Shown: positions 1-11,542 of the stretch, in pieces
How the letters are laid out: every line of letters starts with the position of its first letter
Position numbering within the stretch: the first letter of the stretch is position 1
The notes under the pieces: model-generated
Told to the model about the DNA's origin: nothing
Seen by the model: the letters and a program-made list of their open reading frames with translations, nothing else
Databases searched by the model: none
From: Basidiobolus meristosporus CBS 931.73
Lineage: Eukaryota > Fungi > Basidiobolomycota
Direction: 5' to 3'
DNA: 60,758 nt
Assembly (NCBI GenBank): GCA_002104905.1
Contig: MCFE01000538.1
Location: 1 to 60,758, forward strand
Program-made: the position numbers and the translations under genes

Positions 1-44
1 TTCCCTTGTAGCCCTTCCTAACTTGTGCACCTCTGTTTCTACAG

Positions 45-718
45 TTCTTGCCGTGGATTGCCATCGGCCTTGTGCTGTTAACGATAGGGACGGATGAGAC
101 CGTGTATTCACGCGTTAAGAGAGTAAAACCCATTGCTGCTGGCTATATCATTATGGGAATCATCCTTGTAAGTTGATACAGCTTTGCACACACACACACA
201 CACATTGCCCTTTATTCACACATTTTTAGGCTATTTGGGCGTTTGGATTTGGAAGCGATTACGGATCGAAAATTCACCGTTGGTTCCATCCTGAAGCATA
301 TGAAGTCATTCCGGATCAAAACGCTAGCGCACACCCTGAAGCACCACCAGCCATGACTGAGGCGTCTCCACCACGCCCAACTGGAGCGTATCCTATTCTT
401 CCTGTAAATCCAGAATACAAGTATCGCGTGCGCGCGGCTCATCCATGTAAGTACTTTTGCAAGCTCAAATTCTGAGCCGCCTCTAACCACAAATTCAACA
501 CGATAGATACGGCAAGTCGTGAAGACCCGAACGAGATGTCATTCAACAAGGGTGATGTTCTTGAAGTAGTGGACACTAACGGCAAATGGTGGCATGCACG
601 CAAGCCAGATGGCACCATCGGTATAATACCTAGTAACTACGTAAGTGCTATGAGCGTTTTGTTCGTACATTTCAATGGAAGATTCATATTTGCTTTGTAG
701 GTTGAGGTGATAAATTAA
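45..718 (+). CDS. SHO1: Sho1-like osmosensor (TM segments plus C-terminal SH3), 5'-partial, 4 visible exons
   Basis: Spliced translation: FLPWIAIGLVLLTIGTDETVYSRVKRVKPIAAGYIIMGIIL / AIWAFGFGSD...YKYRVRAAHP / YTASREDPNEMSFNKGDVLEVVDTNGKWWHARKPDGTIGIIPSNY / VEVIN*. Hydrophobic helices followed by a terminal SH3 domain; introns have GTAAGT donors and AG acceptors. Confidence 0.85.
187..204. repeat. (CA)9 microsatellite in a Sho1 intron
   Basis: cacacacacacacacaca read directly. Confidence 0.9.
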
Positions 719-1416
719 TCTGAACCCCAATTCTATAAATAATGTATGTTAAAGCATCACTTAAATTCCAACTTCTCAGTACTCTCTGAACCTTAAAGGG
801 CTGGTAAAACTTTATTGGCCCATAGTTATTGTATGGCTCGCATTATCTCCCTATTTAGTTCTTTGTATGTTCTTTTATATCTCCCGGATACGTAAACTCC
901 AAGATTGTGTCTTTCATTTTATAAACCAACACATTTGCGCGATCAGATTTGTACGCCAATTTCGAGTTTTTTATTCCATTTGAAAGAAGCGGCTTCTGAC
1001 GAATAAAGCTGATCTTCCCAATGCACCTCACAGAGTACAAGAGTTGTGGTAAGAGAGACTAATTTATTAAATAATATTAGAGGTTACTTTTGAAAGGTAA
1101 GAAGCTATGGGATCCTGGTCGCTTGGTTCATATCTCCATTTACCAGGGTGTGAAATCCCTTTCATCACAAGGCGCATCAATGAAGTTGACTCTAGCGACT
1201 ACACCCACCATTGATAATCCAACAGCTGCGCTTTTTGAGACCAACTCTGACGATTAGTCGAGGTGGTTAGTTGAGAATTATTAGGATACAAAAGGCATAT
1301 CCAATCTGAGAGTAGCAGTAATAGCCGCTTCTGTGGTAAGTTAGTTGCATGTTGGGAGCATACCCAAAAGCTGAACAGAGCTCACACTAGTTAGATATGT
1401 TCAAGTCCAGTCGGGA

Positions 1417-1818
1417 TCAACTTGCATTGGCCGTCTTTTGCACCCATGGCTCAGAAGAAAATACCAGAGACATCATTCTGGTAATAGACCGTTTATTAAC
1501 GCGTCGACATGTTGGGCACGCTACCGACTGATACGACTGGCTCTGTATCTGCTCCAGGTCGTCATCTGCCTTTGGCTCTTCATCTTCAACTTGGGGAAAC
1601 GATACATACGCAGACTGCGGTCTCTTATTTGCTGTCAGATCATCGTCTTCAGGTGTTAGCCTTAACATAGTAGCCACCAGAGAATTCCGCTTGCCAAGTG
1701 AACGATCAGCAGCTACCGCTGAGGTGGTGTCACATAGCTGTATGGATCCGCGGCGTACTGGCACCCAGAATTCCTTTTGATAATCCACTGACGCCTTCCG
1801 TACAGAGTTGGTATTCAT
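1417..1818 (-). CDS. Hypothetical 133-aa, probably disordered protein
   Basis: ATG-initiated ORF with acidic patches, several basic-x-S sites (RKAS, RRGS, KRNS) and YVSFPQVED; no domain recognised. Confidence 0.55.
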   Translation of the reverse strand: MNTNSVRKASVDYQKEFWVPVRRGSIQLCDTTSAVAADRSLGKRNSLVATMLRLTPEDDDLTANKRPQSAYVSFPQVEDEEPKADDDLEQIQSQSYQSVACPTCRRVNKRSITRMMSLVFSSEPWVQKTANAS

Positions 1819-3634
1819 TTGGATATTTTAGGTAGTTTAAGCAATAGCTGTGATTTTCAAGATATGCTTATTTCCAAATGTACACCGGTTAGCTATTCAA
1901 CACCCTCCCTTTCTCGTAGGATATCTCTTATCAAACGTCCAGATTCCAACCAGATGTCTGTCGATCGCTGATCAGACTGATGGATGTGCAGTTGGTCTTT
2001 TGGGTCTGAGAGTCAACCAGGACTATTGCACCAATGTCCAGAATTCAAGATGGCTAGCTTGCTAGTCAAGCACTCCACGATACCGTCGCACAGTGATGTC
2101 AAGGTTAATCCAATTTCTACTAAGACTTGCTGAAGCGGCTATTTACGCTGGCGCAGATATTAAAAAAGTTACCCTCTTCGGTATTGTAGATTGTAATTTA
2201 ACAACGACTCTTCTACAGCCAATTAAATGAGTGATGGTGTATAATACAAGAACCTTAAAAGTGGTATCCCCCCTCTACAATTGTTAGGATTAAAGGGTAG
2301 ATTGCCAGACTTTCGATGGAGCATTGGTGGCGGATTTATAATAAACTGGACCTGGATATGTACGAAGCCATCACCATCTTGACATGCTTTGTTTGTCACA
2401 TTTCAGAAAATCTCACCTCTACATACGCCATACATCAATCTTGTTGATTATCTCCTCACTATATCATGAATGTTTGGAAGAATTATATGGGCTTACCTTC
2501 AAACACTGCGGTTGAATTCTCCGAGACAAAGGCTGCTCATTGGACTCTCATTCAAACTAGATATTCTTCCTGTTGTTCGATGGACTCTATTCCAACAAGA
2601 TGTACATGGATCCAATAGGAATCCACTTGAATCACTTGCGTTTGGCATAGCTGACAAACTGCTGATTCAGTGGAATCTCCGGGCATACCAGCGCCAAGAA
2701 AGCTTAGCTATATGTTGCTGGGATAGCCGGAGTGCAGAAAAGTCAATCATCAATGAATGATCTCATGAAGTTTCAACAGGATGTCACTGATGTGATCTGA
2801 TCAGATGACAGGCACCTCAGTAATCATTCACTACAATAGCTTCCTATGACCCTTGGTGCTGATGGGATAGACTTCACTCAGACCCAACAGCCTGTATCAA
2901 GGAGCTAGTCACTCCTTGATGTCTTCTGGGATACTTGTACCACAGACCCCACGTATCTCTCTCGTCCCAAGAGCATGATGGGGGCTGCCGAGTTGGCTTG
3001 CACCATTATCACCGGAGTGCACCAGGTAGACTTGCAATTTAGATGATTTTCCCTGGGGCTTACTCTACTGTTGAACACTAGAATATCTCTTCTGGACATC
3101 ATCTGCTTTCTTAATTGTAACACAGCTCAGATTAAGCCCGATTTGGCGGTGCTCTTGCTAAGGAGCAGCTGTTGTATGAGATAAATGCATGATGCAACGC
3201 TCTCCAATTCAGCATACATGCAAACAATCACCCAGCTTGAATCATTCTGGAATGGACACATGATGGTGTAGAAGGTTGCGATCTCCGCCCTGGCAAAGTT
3301 CAAAGTGCGATCAGGCAATTTATCCTATTGTATCAGCATGTTGATCCAATTCCCCCAAAAAGCGGCACATCAGCAGATTGGTACTAGCATACATACCACC
3401 AGCGATGAATCCGGTGTTTTTGTGAACGATTACATAGCTGAAAGTCCGGATTAGGCGGATTTGTTAGATAGACGAGGAAGAGGTTTGCGTCATCCAGTAG
3501 GCTTGGTAAAGTGGGATTTGGAAGTGAGGGATTTATAAAGCCGGGAAGGCAGGAACTGGTGAACGACTTGTTACCTTGACTCATCATATTACCGATTGTT
3601 TTGATATAAATTTTGATTTTACTTTAACACAATC

Positions 3635-4399
3635 ATGGCTACTTCTGGTCCCATTATTTACAGTTTTGGCAACTCTACTGAAGTTTCGGATGCTTTAGGC
3701 CAGTATGTTGCCAAAGCCTCAGCCGAGGCGATTAACCGTCACGGCCGTTTCACTGTTGCTCTCTCCGGTGGTTCCTTACCAAAGACACTTGCAGCTTCTC
3801 TTAAAAAGGATACTTCAGTTCAGTGGAGCAAGTGGCATGTTTTCTTTGCTGACGAGCGCTGTGTTCCGTTGGATCACGAAGACTCTAACTATCTCTTGGC
3901 CAAGAAGGAGCTTTTTGATCACGTCAGCATCCCTGACGCTCAAATCTATACTATTAACAATTCGCTGGTCGATCAGGTCGAGAAGGCTAGTGAGGATTAT
4001 CAGGATACCTTACGCAAGGTTTTTGCTTCCAAAACCGAGGTGATGTTCCCTGTATTCGATTTGATTCTCTTGGGTATCGGACCAGACGGTCATACCTGCT
4101 CTCTTTTCCCCAATCACCCACTCCTGAAAGAGCAATACGAGTGGGTTGCACCTATCGAAGATTCTCCCAAGCCTCCACCAAGACGCATCACCCTGACCCT
4201 TCCTGTCCTCAACCACTGCCACGCCGCCGCTTTTGTTGTAACTGGAGATAATAAGAAGGAAGTAGTTCCTCAAATTCTTGAGGAGGAGTCTGGCCTTCCA
4301 GCCCAACTGGTGAAGCCTACACACGGGCAAGTGGTTTGGTTCTTTGATGATGCTGCCTCTGCCAACCTCAAGATCAAGCCACAGGAATTCAAGCTTTAA
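3635..4399 (+). CDS. SOL3: 6-phosphogluconolactonase (Sol/Pgl family), intronless
   Basis: Motifs FTVALSGGS, FFADERCVP, FDLILLGIGPDGHTCSLFP, PKPPPRRITLTLPV. Confidence 0.95.
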   Translation: MATSGPIIYSFGNSTEVSDALGQYVAKASAEAINRHGRFTVALSGGSLPKTLAASLKKDTSVQWSKWHVFFADERCVPLDHEDSNYLLAKKELFDHVSIPDAQIYTINNSLVDQVEKASEDYQDTLRKVFASKTEVMFPVFDLILLGIGPDGHTCSLFPNHPLLKEQYEWVAPIEDSPKPPPRRITLTLPVLNHCHAAAFVVTGDNKKEVVPQILEEESGLPAQLVKPTHGQVVWFFDDAASANLKIKPQEFKL

Positions 4400-4703
4400 A
4401 AGTTGCCAATCGTTTGTATCCGCCACTCCACTTCGTCTATGGCTGGATGCAAATTCGGCAGTGATCTTAGAACGGTATACCTTTATATGCAACACCTACC
4501 GTCTACTAGTCGCTTCTTTTGTATCACTTTGCATATCCAATATCTTCGAAACGTGAAATAAAGGCCGTCAAGACTACTCAATGGGACAAACCACTCCATG
4601 CCAAAGATATTGGTGATTAACAACGAGCCATTTTTATTGAGAATAAGATGATGCCAAATGAAATATCATGGTGTGAGTGTTTCCATTCAATGAGGGACAA
4701 TAC

Positions 4704-5228
4704 TTAGAGCTTAGCAGGTGCTTGAAGCTTACGAAGTCGGTCTCTAGCGATAATTAACATCTCGCTAAGACCGACCTTCAATTCACTTTCTTGGGTTCCC
4801 TCGGAAAGTCTCTTCTCCAACACAGGAACAATATCCTTTCTTGGTCTACCATTGACAAACACTACAAACTTGAAACCATACTTCTTCTCATAGGCCTCGT
4901 TCAACTCCTTGAGGCGGGCATTGACTTGCTCTTCTTCAGGGGTTTGCTTTCTGTCATAACCCTGCTCCTTGATGGAGTGAGCGGAAAGACCTTGGGGAGG
5001 AGCACCAATGCGGGGATGGGCATTTACAACCAAGATACGGTCCTCATGGGAGAGATCATTATCAATAACATACTGGGAGAAGTCCAGCAAGCTACTGTAT
5101 GAGATATATGGGCGTGCTTCGTAAAGAATCTTGGCAAGTGGAGGGGCAGGTTCAAATAAGCTGTTAATAGCTTCTAAGAATTCTGGCTCAGGAAGCTCAT
5201 TAAGTTTGGAAATAGGAGGGAAGGGCAT
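4704..5228 (-). CDS. OHCU (2-oxo-4-hydroxy-4-carboxy-5-ureidoimidazoline) decarboxylase, urate catabolism
   Basis: ATG at 5228 (MPFPPISKLN); motifs VNAHPRIG, SIKEQG, LNEAYEKKYGFKFVVFVNGR, IARDRL; C-terminus AKL. Confidence 0.9.
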   Translation of the reverse strand: MPFPPISKLNELPEPEFLEAINSLFEPAPPLAKILYEARPYISYSSLLDFSQYVIDNDLSHEDRILVVNAHPRIGAPPQGLSAHSIKEQGYDRKQTPEEEQVNARLKELNEAYEKKYGFKFVVFVNGRPRKDIVPVLEKRLSEGTQESELKVGLSEMLIIARDRLRKLQAPAKL

Positions 5229-6080
5229 TGTCGGCAGTTGTGTGTTTCTCAAGTAAGAACCAAATAGCTGCAATAGTTCACTGGCCTTTTAAAAGAGCCA
5301 TGCATGGGATATAAGGTACAGAGGAATCTCAAGGTGGTACAAGATGAACTAGCAGTTTTTTCAACCCTCGAAGATTTCAAGGTAGATGAACTTCACACAA
5401 AGATCTCCGCCTTCCAATTATATCCAGCTCTTCCTTGAGCGTACGTACTAGAATGTGTCCATTTTACCACACATTTCTACTCAATCAAGATGAGATTATC
5501 GTATGTGAATTTTAGATAGACGGGGTACCTGGTCGGATTGATGAAATATTATCATTGATCTGAAGAGATGGTGGTAGCCCTGAAGTAAAGAGATATTCCT
5601 GAGCCTTGCCCTCTTCAAAGCTGTTGACTGAAGGTTCAGCATGTTAGCATCTGTCATGGAAGGGGTCCACTTGGATCAGCCATGGTTGGGCTGATTCAGC
5701 TTGGAGTTAACTACAGTGGCAGACTGCGCCCTCTGATCCAATATAGGATTTCTGAAGTTGACAGAAGGTAGTACCCGCCAAGAGTCATAGTGAACTATGT
5801 ACAGCTGAAGTTTACAGCCTCTATCTCCTTCGATAGCATTGCACAGTGTTGCTTCGGAAGCAGGCTACTTGCCCAGAACTCGTCCTTGCGGTGTAAGCAC
5901 CTCCAGTATGTCTCTTGATTTTTAATTAAAATATCATTCAGCGATTGGTATCACTATGTCTTAATCGCCCTAATGAGGGTGTTAATGATGGCCAGCTATT
6001 TATACATGACGTAGAGAAACATCTCTAATTTGGGACTCAAAACCACTGTTTGCCTATCACTCAACACAGCCATAGATTAT

Positions 6081-6087
6081 TATAAAA
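6081..6087 (+). promoter_or_regulatory. Candidate TATA box of the calmodulin-like gene
   Basis: TATAAAA about 75 nt upstream of the ATG at 6157. Confidence 0.45.
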
Positions 6088-6156
6088 GAATTGCAGGCCT
6101 ATCACGGAGTTAGTAGTTAACTCTTTTGCAGTCCACTTAATTTCGTTGAAAACTAG

Positions 6157-6685
6157 ATGGTAAGCTCCATTCGTCTTGTGCATTTGTGATTTCCCAAAAG
6201 GTTCTTGCTAACAACTCAGTATTTTCTAAAAGGCGGATCAATTAACCGAAGAACAGCTTGCAGAATGTAAAGAAGTGTTTCGTGAGCTTGATCGTGACTG
6301 TAGTGGTTACATTGATAAAGCGAACTTGCGGGCAACGATGGAATCTTTGGGGCAACATCCCACTGAGCAAGATCTCGAAGATATGCTAAACGAAGCCGAC
6401 AAAGATGGTGATGGAGTAATAGATTTCACCGAATTCACCAACTTGACCGTCAAGAAGTTTAAAGAACACCACGCTGACAACAACAAGATGATACGTCAAG
6501 CTTTCATGGGCTTCGATGAAGATGGGGACGGGGTTATTGACTTAGACGAACTGAAAAATGCCCTACTTCACCTTGGAGAGCAATTTGAGGAGGAAGAAAT
6601 CATCAACCTTTTCCACAAGGCAGACTCCAACGGTGATGGTCATATCGATTTTGAGGAATTTCTTGGACTAACAAGTGCCCTTTAG
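6157..6685 (+). CDS. Divergent calmodulin-like protein, four EF-hands, 2 exons (6157-6159 and 6233-6685)
   Basis: ATG, then intron GTAAGC...GCTAAC...AG, then ADQLTEEQLAECKEVF; loops DRDCSGYIDKAN, DKDGDGVIDFTE, DEDGDGVIDLDE, DSNGDGHIDFEE. Confidence 0.9.
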
Positions 6686-7340
6686 TTTTTGATTTACACA
6701 TATGTACATTGTTCATACTACGCACCATACATAACGGATTTTTTAAGCAATATTTTGATACGTCTCATCGAATTAAAGCCAAAATGACTTCGAAGATCCA
6801 TAGCATGGGCACGTTGGAGAGCTGTAACCCAAGGCACTCCCAATGTTTGGTATACTTACTGGTTGGGTAGCCAATGGGCAACCACTGTTATACATGGAAT
6901 ATGGACTGCAAATACAGTCATATACCAGATATACTCACTGCTTAGCTGTGTAGCCAACGTATGTCACTCTGGTGTGTTTTTTAGTTTATATTCGCTTGGA
7001 TTACTTGGAGCAAGTATCAGTTGCAGGGGGCAGTGATGATTAGGTAACCGCAACCTGCCACAAGCTGTAAACCACGCTCGGTCGTTCAGCAAACGATAGT
7101 CGAGGTCGAACTCATATGTATGATATCATGGTAATCATTTCATAACCTTAGCTGTTACCTCAATCTGCCTCCGGTACAACCCCACAAATTTCTTGAATGC
7201 CATATGTTTAATCAACGTTGGATGCAGTACTTATTGGGAACCTAATCCATCAATTTTCACCCTATTATCCCCCAGTGAGCGGTTCAGTGTAGTCTCAGCT
7301 AGCAGTTCTTAAAATTTCCTCCCAATCGAATCTGTGCAAA

Positions 7341-8710
7341 ATGGCTTTACTAGAGGACCTCGAATTGCCTTTGAAAGCTACTTGGAAAGTTCAAGGTAAC
7401 GGAACTGAAGTCATTTGGTGGCCGGCTCGCGCTACCACAGAGGAGAAAACCGTATTATTCATGATACCTGGTAATTAGCTGTTTCCACTTGGGCTGACTC
7501 CCCTCACCAACTCATTCTTGTGATGCTCTCTAGGTAATCCGGGAGTTGTTGAATTTTACACCCCTTTTCTAAATACCATATATTCCGAGTTAAACGAGAA
7601 AATAGACATCGTTGGAGGTAGAATGCATTCTTTATTGAAAGATGGGTCACTTTACTGAATATCTATCTAGTCTCTCATCTTGGACACAGTAAAGGAGAAC
7701 ATGACAACAGCGATGGAAAGGTTTACTCACTTGATGAGCAGATTGCGCACAAGATTGATTGCTTGGACATGCTCCACAAAAGATATCCCAAAAATACCAG
7801 ATTCATACTTGTTGGTCACAGCATTGGCGCCTTTATCTGCGAAAAAGTAAGAGCTAGATACGGTAGCCATAAATATCAAGGAAGCCTACTAACCAGACCA
7901 GAAACACTTTAGGTTTTCAAGGCGCGGCCCAACTTGAATATTGTCAGAGTGTTTTCTTTGTTTCCCACCATTGAACATATCGCCGATACGCCTCGGGGAA
8001 AACAAATGAGGGTAAATACATTATGTTCTCATACGTGTGGACCTTTGCATCCATTTTGTATCTGACATGATACTGCCAGCCGTTATTCCGTCCCGAAATT
8101 CGCAAGATCGCCAGTGCACTTGCTCAAGTCTTGGGCTTCGTGCACCAGCCCACCCTTGCCTTTCTGATCAAAACGCTCACCGGACAGCCCAAATGGGGTG
8201 CAGACCTGACTGCAAGAAAATTCATCAAATATCCTTTTGCATTTCATTTCTGGTTTTGTTGAACTTGCGCACCCGTAAGAAAAAGGCCTTGACTGAAAAT
8301 CACCTTCCATGCTATCAATAATTCGCTTTCTCTAGCTGCCCAGGAGATGAATGTTGTCAAGGATCTGAACGAAGCCTTTTATGCTCGTAATCTGGATATC
8401 TTTGTCTTTTACTACGGGACTATCGATGGCTGGGTGCCAGTTGAACGCTATTTATCTTTAAAAGATAAGCTGCCAGAAGGTAATCGTCTACTACTCCTTT
8501 GTAAACATCGCGGCTGACCGGCTCTTGATCAAATCCAGCCAATGCTTACCTGTGCCAGGAGAAAATCCCACATGAATTCGTATTCGGTACACGTTCAACT
8601 TCAATAGCATGAAATTGGCGCTTCTTGCCTAACATAAATCTATAGAATTTCCTAGGGTCATGGGAGTCAAGGTCAGCACTTGGATTATTGACCTTGAAAA
8701 GAACATGTAA
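7341..8710 (+). CDS. Lipid droplet-associated hydrolase (LDAH/DUF2305-type alpha/beta hydrolase), multi-exon
   Basis: Spliced: MALLEDLELP...LFMIP/GNPGVVEFYTPFL...SHLGH...FILVGHSIGAFICEK (GHSxG nucleophile)...LFPTI...FYYGTIDGWVP...IPHEF...IDLEKNM*. Confidence 0.85.
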
Positions 8711-9127
8711 AGCAATATTCCTCGATTTCAAATGTGTTGGATTGCAAGCATACTCACGGCATCAAGTTGCTTTGTACGAGGATAATGCTGGCCTTGAAAG
8801 TCCGATATCGTGACATCTCACTACCCAACACAAAATAAATCATAGTGTATGGTGCACTACGTTACCAAAAAGATGGAATTGACTTCGTTGTATCCAACTC
8901 AAAATACTATCATTTTTGATGCATGTGGGTCGAATTGAGGCTATCTGAGCCTGTCACACTTGATTGAGCGCTTGACTTGGCTCCTACAGCATCCATCCAG
9001 CAATATTATCTGCTTCATTCAATCCAGAACAATTTTACACTATATTCTCGATAATTAATCCAAAGCAGGATTCCCTATACATTTTTATCCATTACTACGA
9101 TTGTTCTCAATCTTTACACTCCACCAA

Positions 9128-10142
9128 ATGGGTTGGTTGTCTTTTGTCGGCTGTTTACTTACAGCATATGGAGCACCCAGTTGTATATTTATTATCTATG
9201 TTGCGCGGAATGCCCAGCTGGTGCTTCTTATGATGACTAGGTCGATATATCTGTCGTTTGTGAGGGATTTCTATATGTTCGGCAATTATTAACCCATCGC
9301 TCCTCAACAGCGCCTTCTTTTGGCTTTTGTCAATATTATTCACGTCCTTGGTATGGTATGTTGCAAAACCTGCCCAAGCAAATCATCCGATCACCATCTT
9401 TTACAGCGTCCTCTTCCAAGAGTGTTTCAGAATCCTTTTCTATCTACTCATGAGGTAAGCCACTCCTTGTCAAGATTTTGAGGCTCAAATGGACTGAACA
9501 CAGTTATCGGAGACTAGACGTGCGGAGAATGGACTGAATATGGTCTCGAAAAATCCAAAAGGACCTCTTAATCGACACTCCTTTGCATTTGGTAGACCTT
9601 CATAGTAATCTTGAGCCCGTTAGAAGACCTCTTGACAGCCTTTCTAGTCTCAGGATTAGGATTCGGATGGATGAGTGGATTTGTTAGCTATATCACGCTC
9701 TTGACGGAAGCACTCGGTCCGGGGATCTTGACCTGCATATCATGTCCTCTAGTATCGTTGTATTTTATTTCTGGTATGTGTGGTAGATATCATCAACTGC
9801 TTTATGTGTACTGATTCGTTGTTACCCAGCTATCACTACTGTCCTATTCACCTTGCTCCATATTACTTGGATGATGCTTACATTTGAGGGTTTGGCTGGC
9901 TCGAAGTCCGCTTATTTATTTGTGTGGGTAGTTGTTACCCATTTTGGTGCCTCGTATGGAGTAAGCTTCTTCCATTGGTAGATTTAGCTGGAGTAGCAAC
10001 TAACCGGCTTTACTAGACTCTTCTCAACTCCTCAAACATCTCATATGGCTGCGTCTACTCGATCCTCCTTGCACTAATTCTGCTCATCATCAACACCATC
10101 TTAGTCATCCGGAATCTACACAAAATCAGTGCGCAACATTGA
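9128..10142 (+). CDS. APH1: Gamma-secretase subunit APH-1 homologue, multi-exon
   Basis: MGWLSFVGCLLTAYGAPSCIFIIYVARNAQLVLLMMT/SAFFWLLSILFTSLVW...SVLFQECFRILFYLLM...GLGFGWMSG (GxxxGxxxG)...EALGPG...LLHITW...VTHFGAS; follows the 7-TM APH-1 pattern including both intramembrane His residues. Confidence 0.88.
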
Positions 10143-11542
10143 CATGTAGGTGACTGTTACACCTTCAAGATGCCCCTTTTGCACACGTTCTAGATTTCGA
10201 ATATTCTCCTGGCAATACCCTAAAATCTCACAATCCAAATCAGTACGCTTATCCTCAGTGCTGTCAGCCAATACTCTGATTCACACATTTAATACTTCAA
10301 TAGAGTAGGCTGTCCTTTTCATTGAACAGGAGGCAGCATGAATCCTTGCTCGTGGCTGTGCTATACACAGGCACGCTACAATCAACTTTTCTTGGGGGAG
10401 GAGTCTTTGGCAAAGTAATAACTACATCAATCCTATTAAATTATGTAAAACTGGTGCAAATCAAGCAGCTTTATCCTTGAATCATGACTGCACCCGGTTT
10501 CATTCAAATCCTTGGCTCCCTTGGAAAATAATGCCTGTTATGAGAATCTTGCTATTCAAGTTCATTTTGGATTACGTCGTAGTGATTGCCAGGCACCCCA
10601 TCAGGTACATATGATACCTGGCTGATCACAGAGATTAGCTTGCGCAAACCGGTCAATGCGAATCCACTCATATGAATGTCTTGTAGTTGGTAATAACTGA
10701 ACGCTTCTCAGCTGCAAGTATACACATGTTCAAACCCAAGCCACTTTCGAGTGTCAGGTGCGCTGTAAGGAATTCTACTCCTGATGCCACTCTGTGCTAC
10801 CAAAAATGGCAAGTTTGTCAGCATGGATGGCGTTTATGTGAACATCATAAGGGCGGTTGTCTACAGGGTTCGATGAACAATGACAGATTGCTATGGATGA
10901 ATCTAGATCGTGTTGGAAATCTCCAACCCCTCTGCTTGACATTCTCCATGTATCCAGAGGTCTGTTTGCAGAAGCGCACCCACCGATTTGACTTGGAAGA
11001 TTGCTTGATCATCTGCTTTCACAGAATCGACTAAAACAGCTAGAATTTGGATTTCCTCAGAAAGGTATATGAAATGGGATACCAAAGTTGGCGATAAAAT
11101 AAACTATTCAGAAATACCTGTATCAATAGGAAATATACGACCCAAACCTTATATCATATAAATTGATGGGGGGAATTCCCATACTTTGCTTTGTTTAAAT
11201 GAGACTTCTTTTCCTCCAAATAAACCCTTTTGCGATATTTTATGCCAAAAAAGGACTATTTAGCCCATGCTTGCTTCGACATCCATTGGCCGCGTTTCAT
11301 TTTCTAGAGAATCGGAAGCAATGGGATATATTACTTGGAATTCGTGCCGTTTTTGGCAAGTCAGAATCCGCTTTCGGCTGGGCCTATTGTGATATGGTGC
11401 ATGGTTTTTCATAAATAAGCTGTCTGAAAAGCCAAACCTAAATATACACCCGCGTCAACATTTTTATTGCCATTTTTAATCACATCAATTGGCCTTTACC
11501 CTCCAAACTAACTTGGTACCTTACATTACTCACGTCTTCACC

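Noticed and set aside
855-1300. Possible extra minus-strand exons downstream of ORF 1417-1818 (including the 61-aa ORF 855-1040)
   Set aside because: I could not build a consistent spliced frame and recognise no domain.
2905-3318. Minus-strand frame of ~138 codons broken by a single TGA (possible pseudogene)
   Set aside because: No recognisable domain; a frame of this length with one stop can arise by chance.
10280-11090. ORFs between APH-1 and the VSD gene (e.g. 10687-11034)
   Set aside because: No ATG context, splice structure or motif; may be a decayed repeat but this is unsupported.
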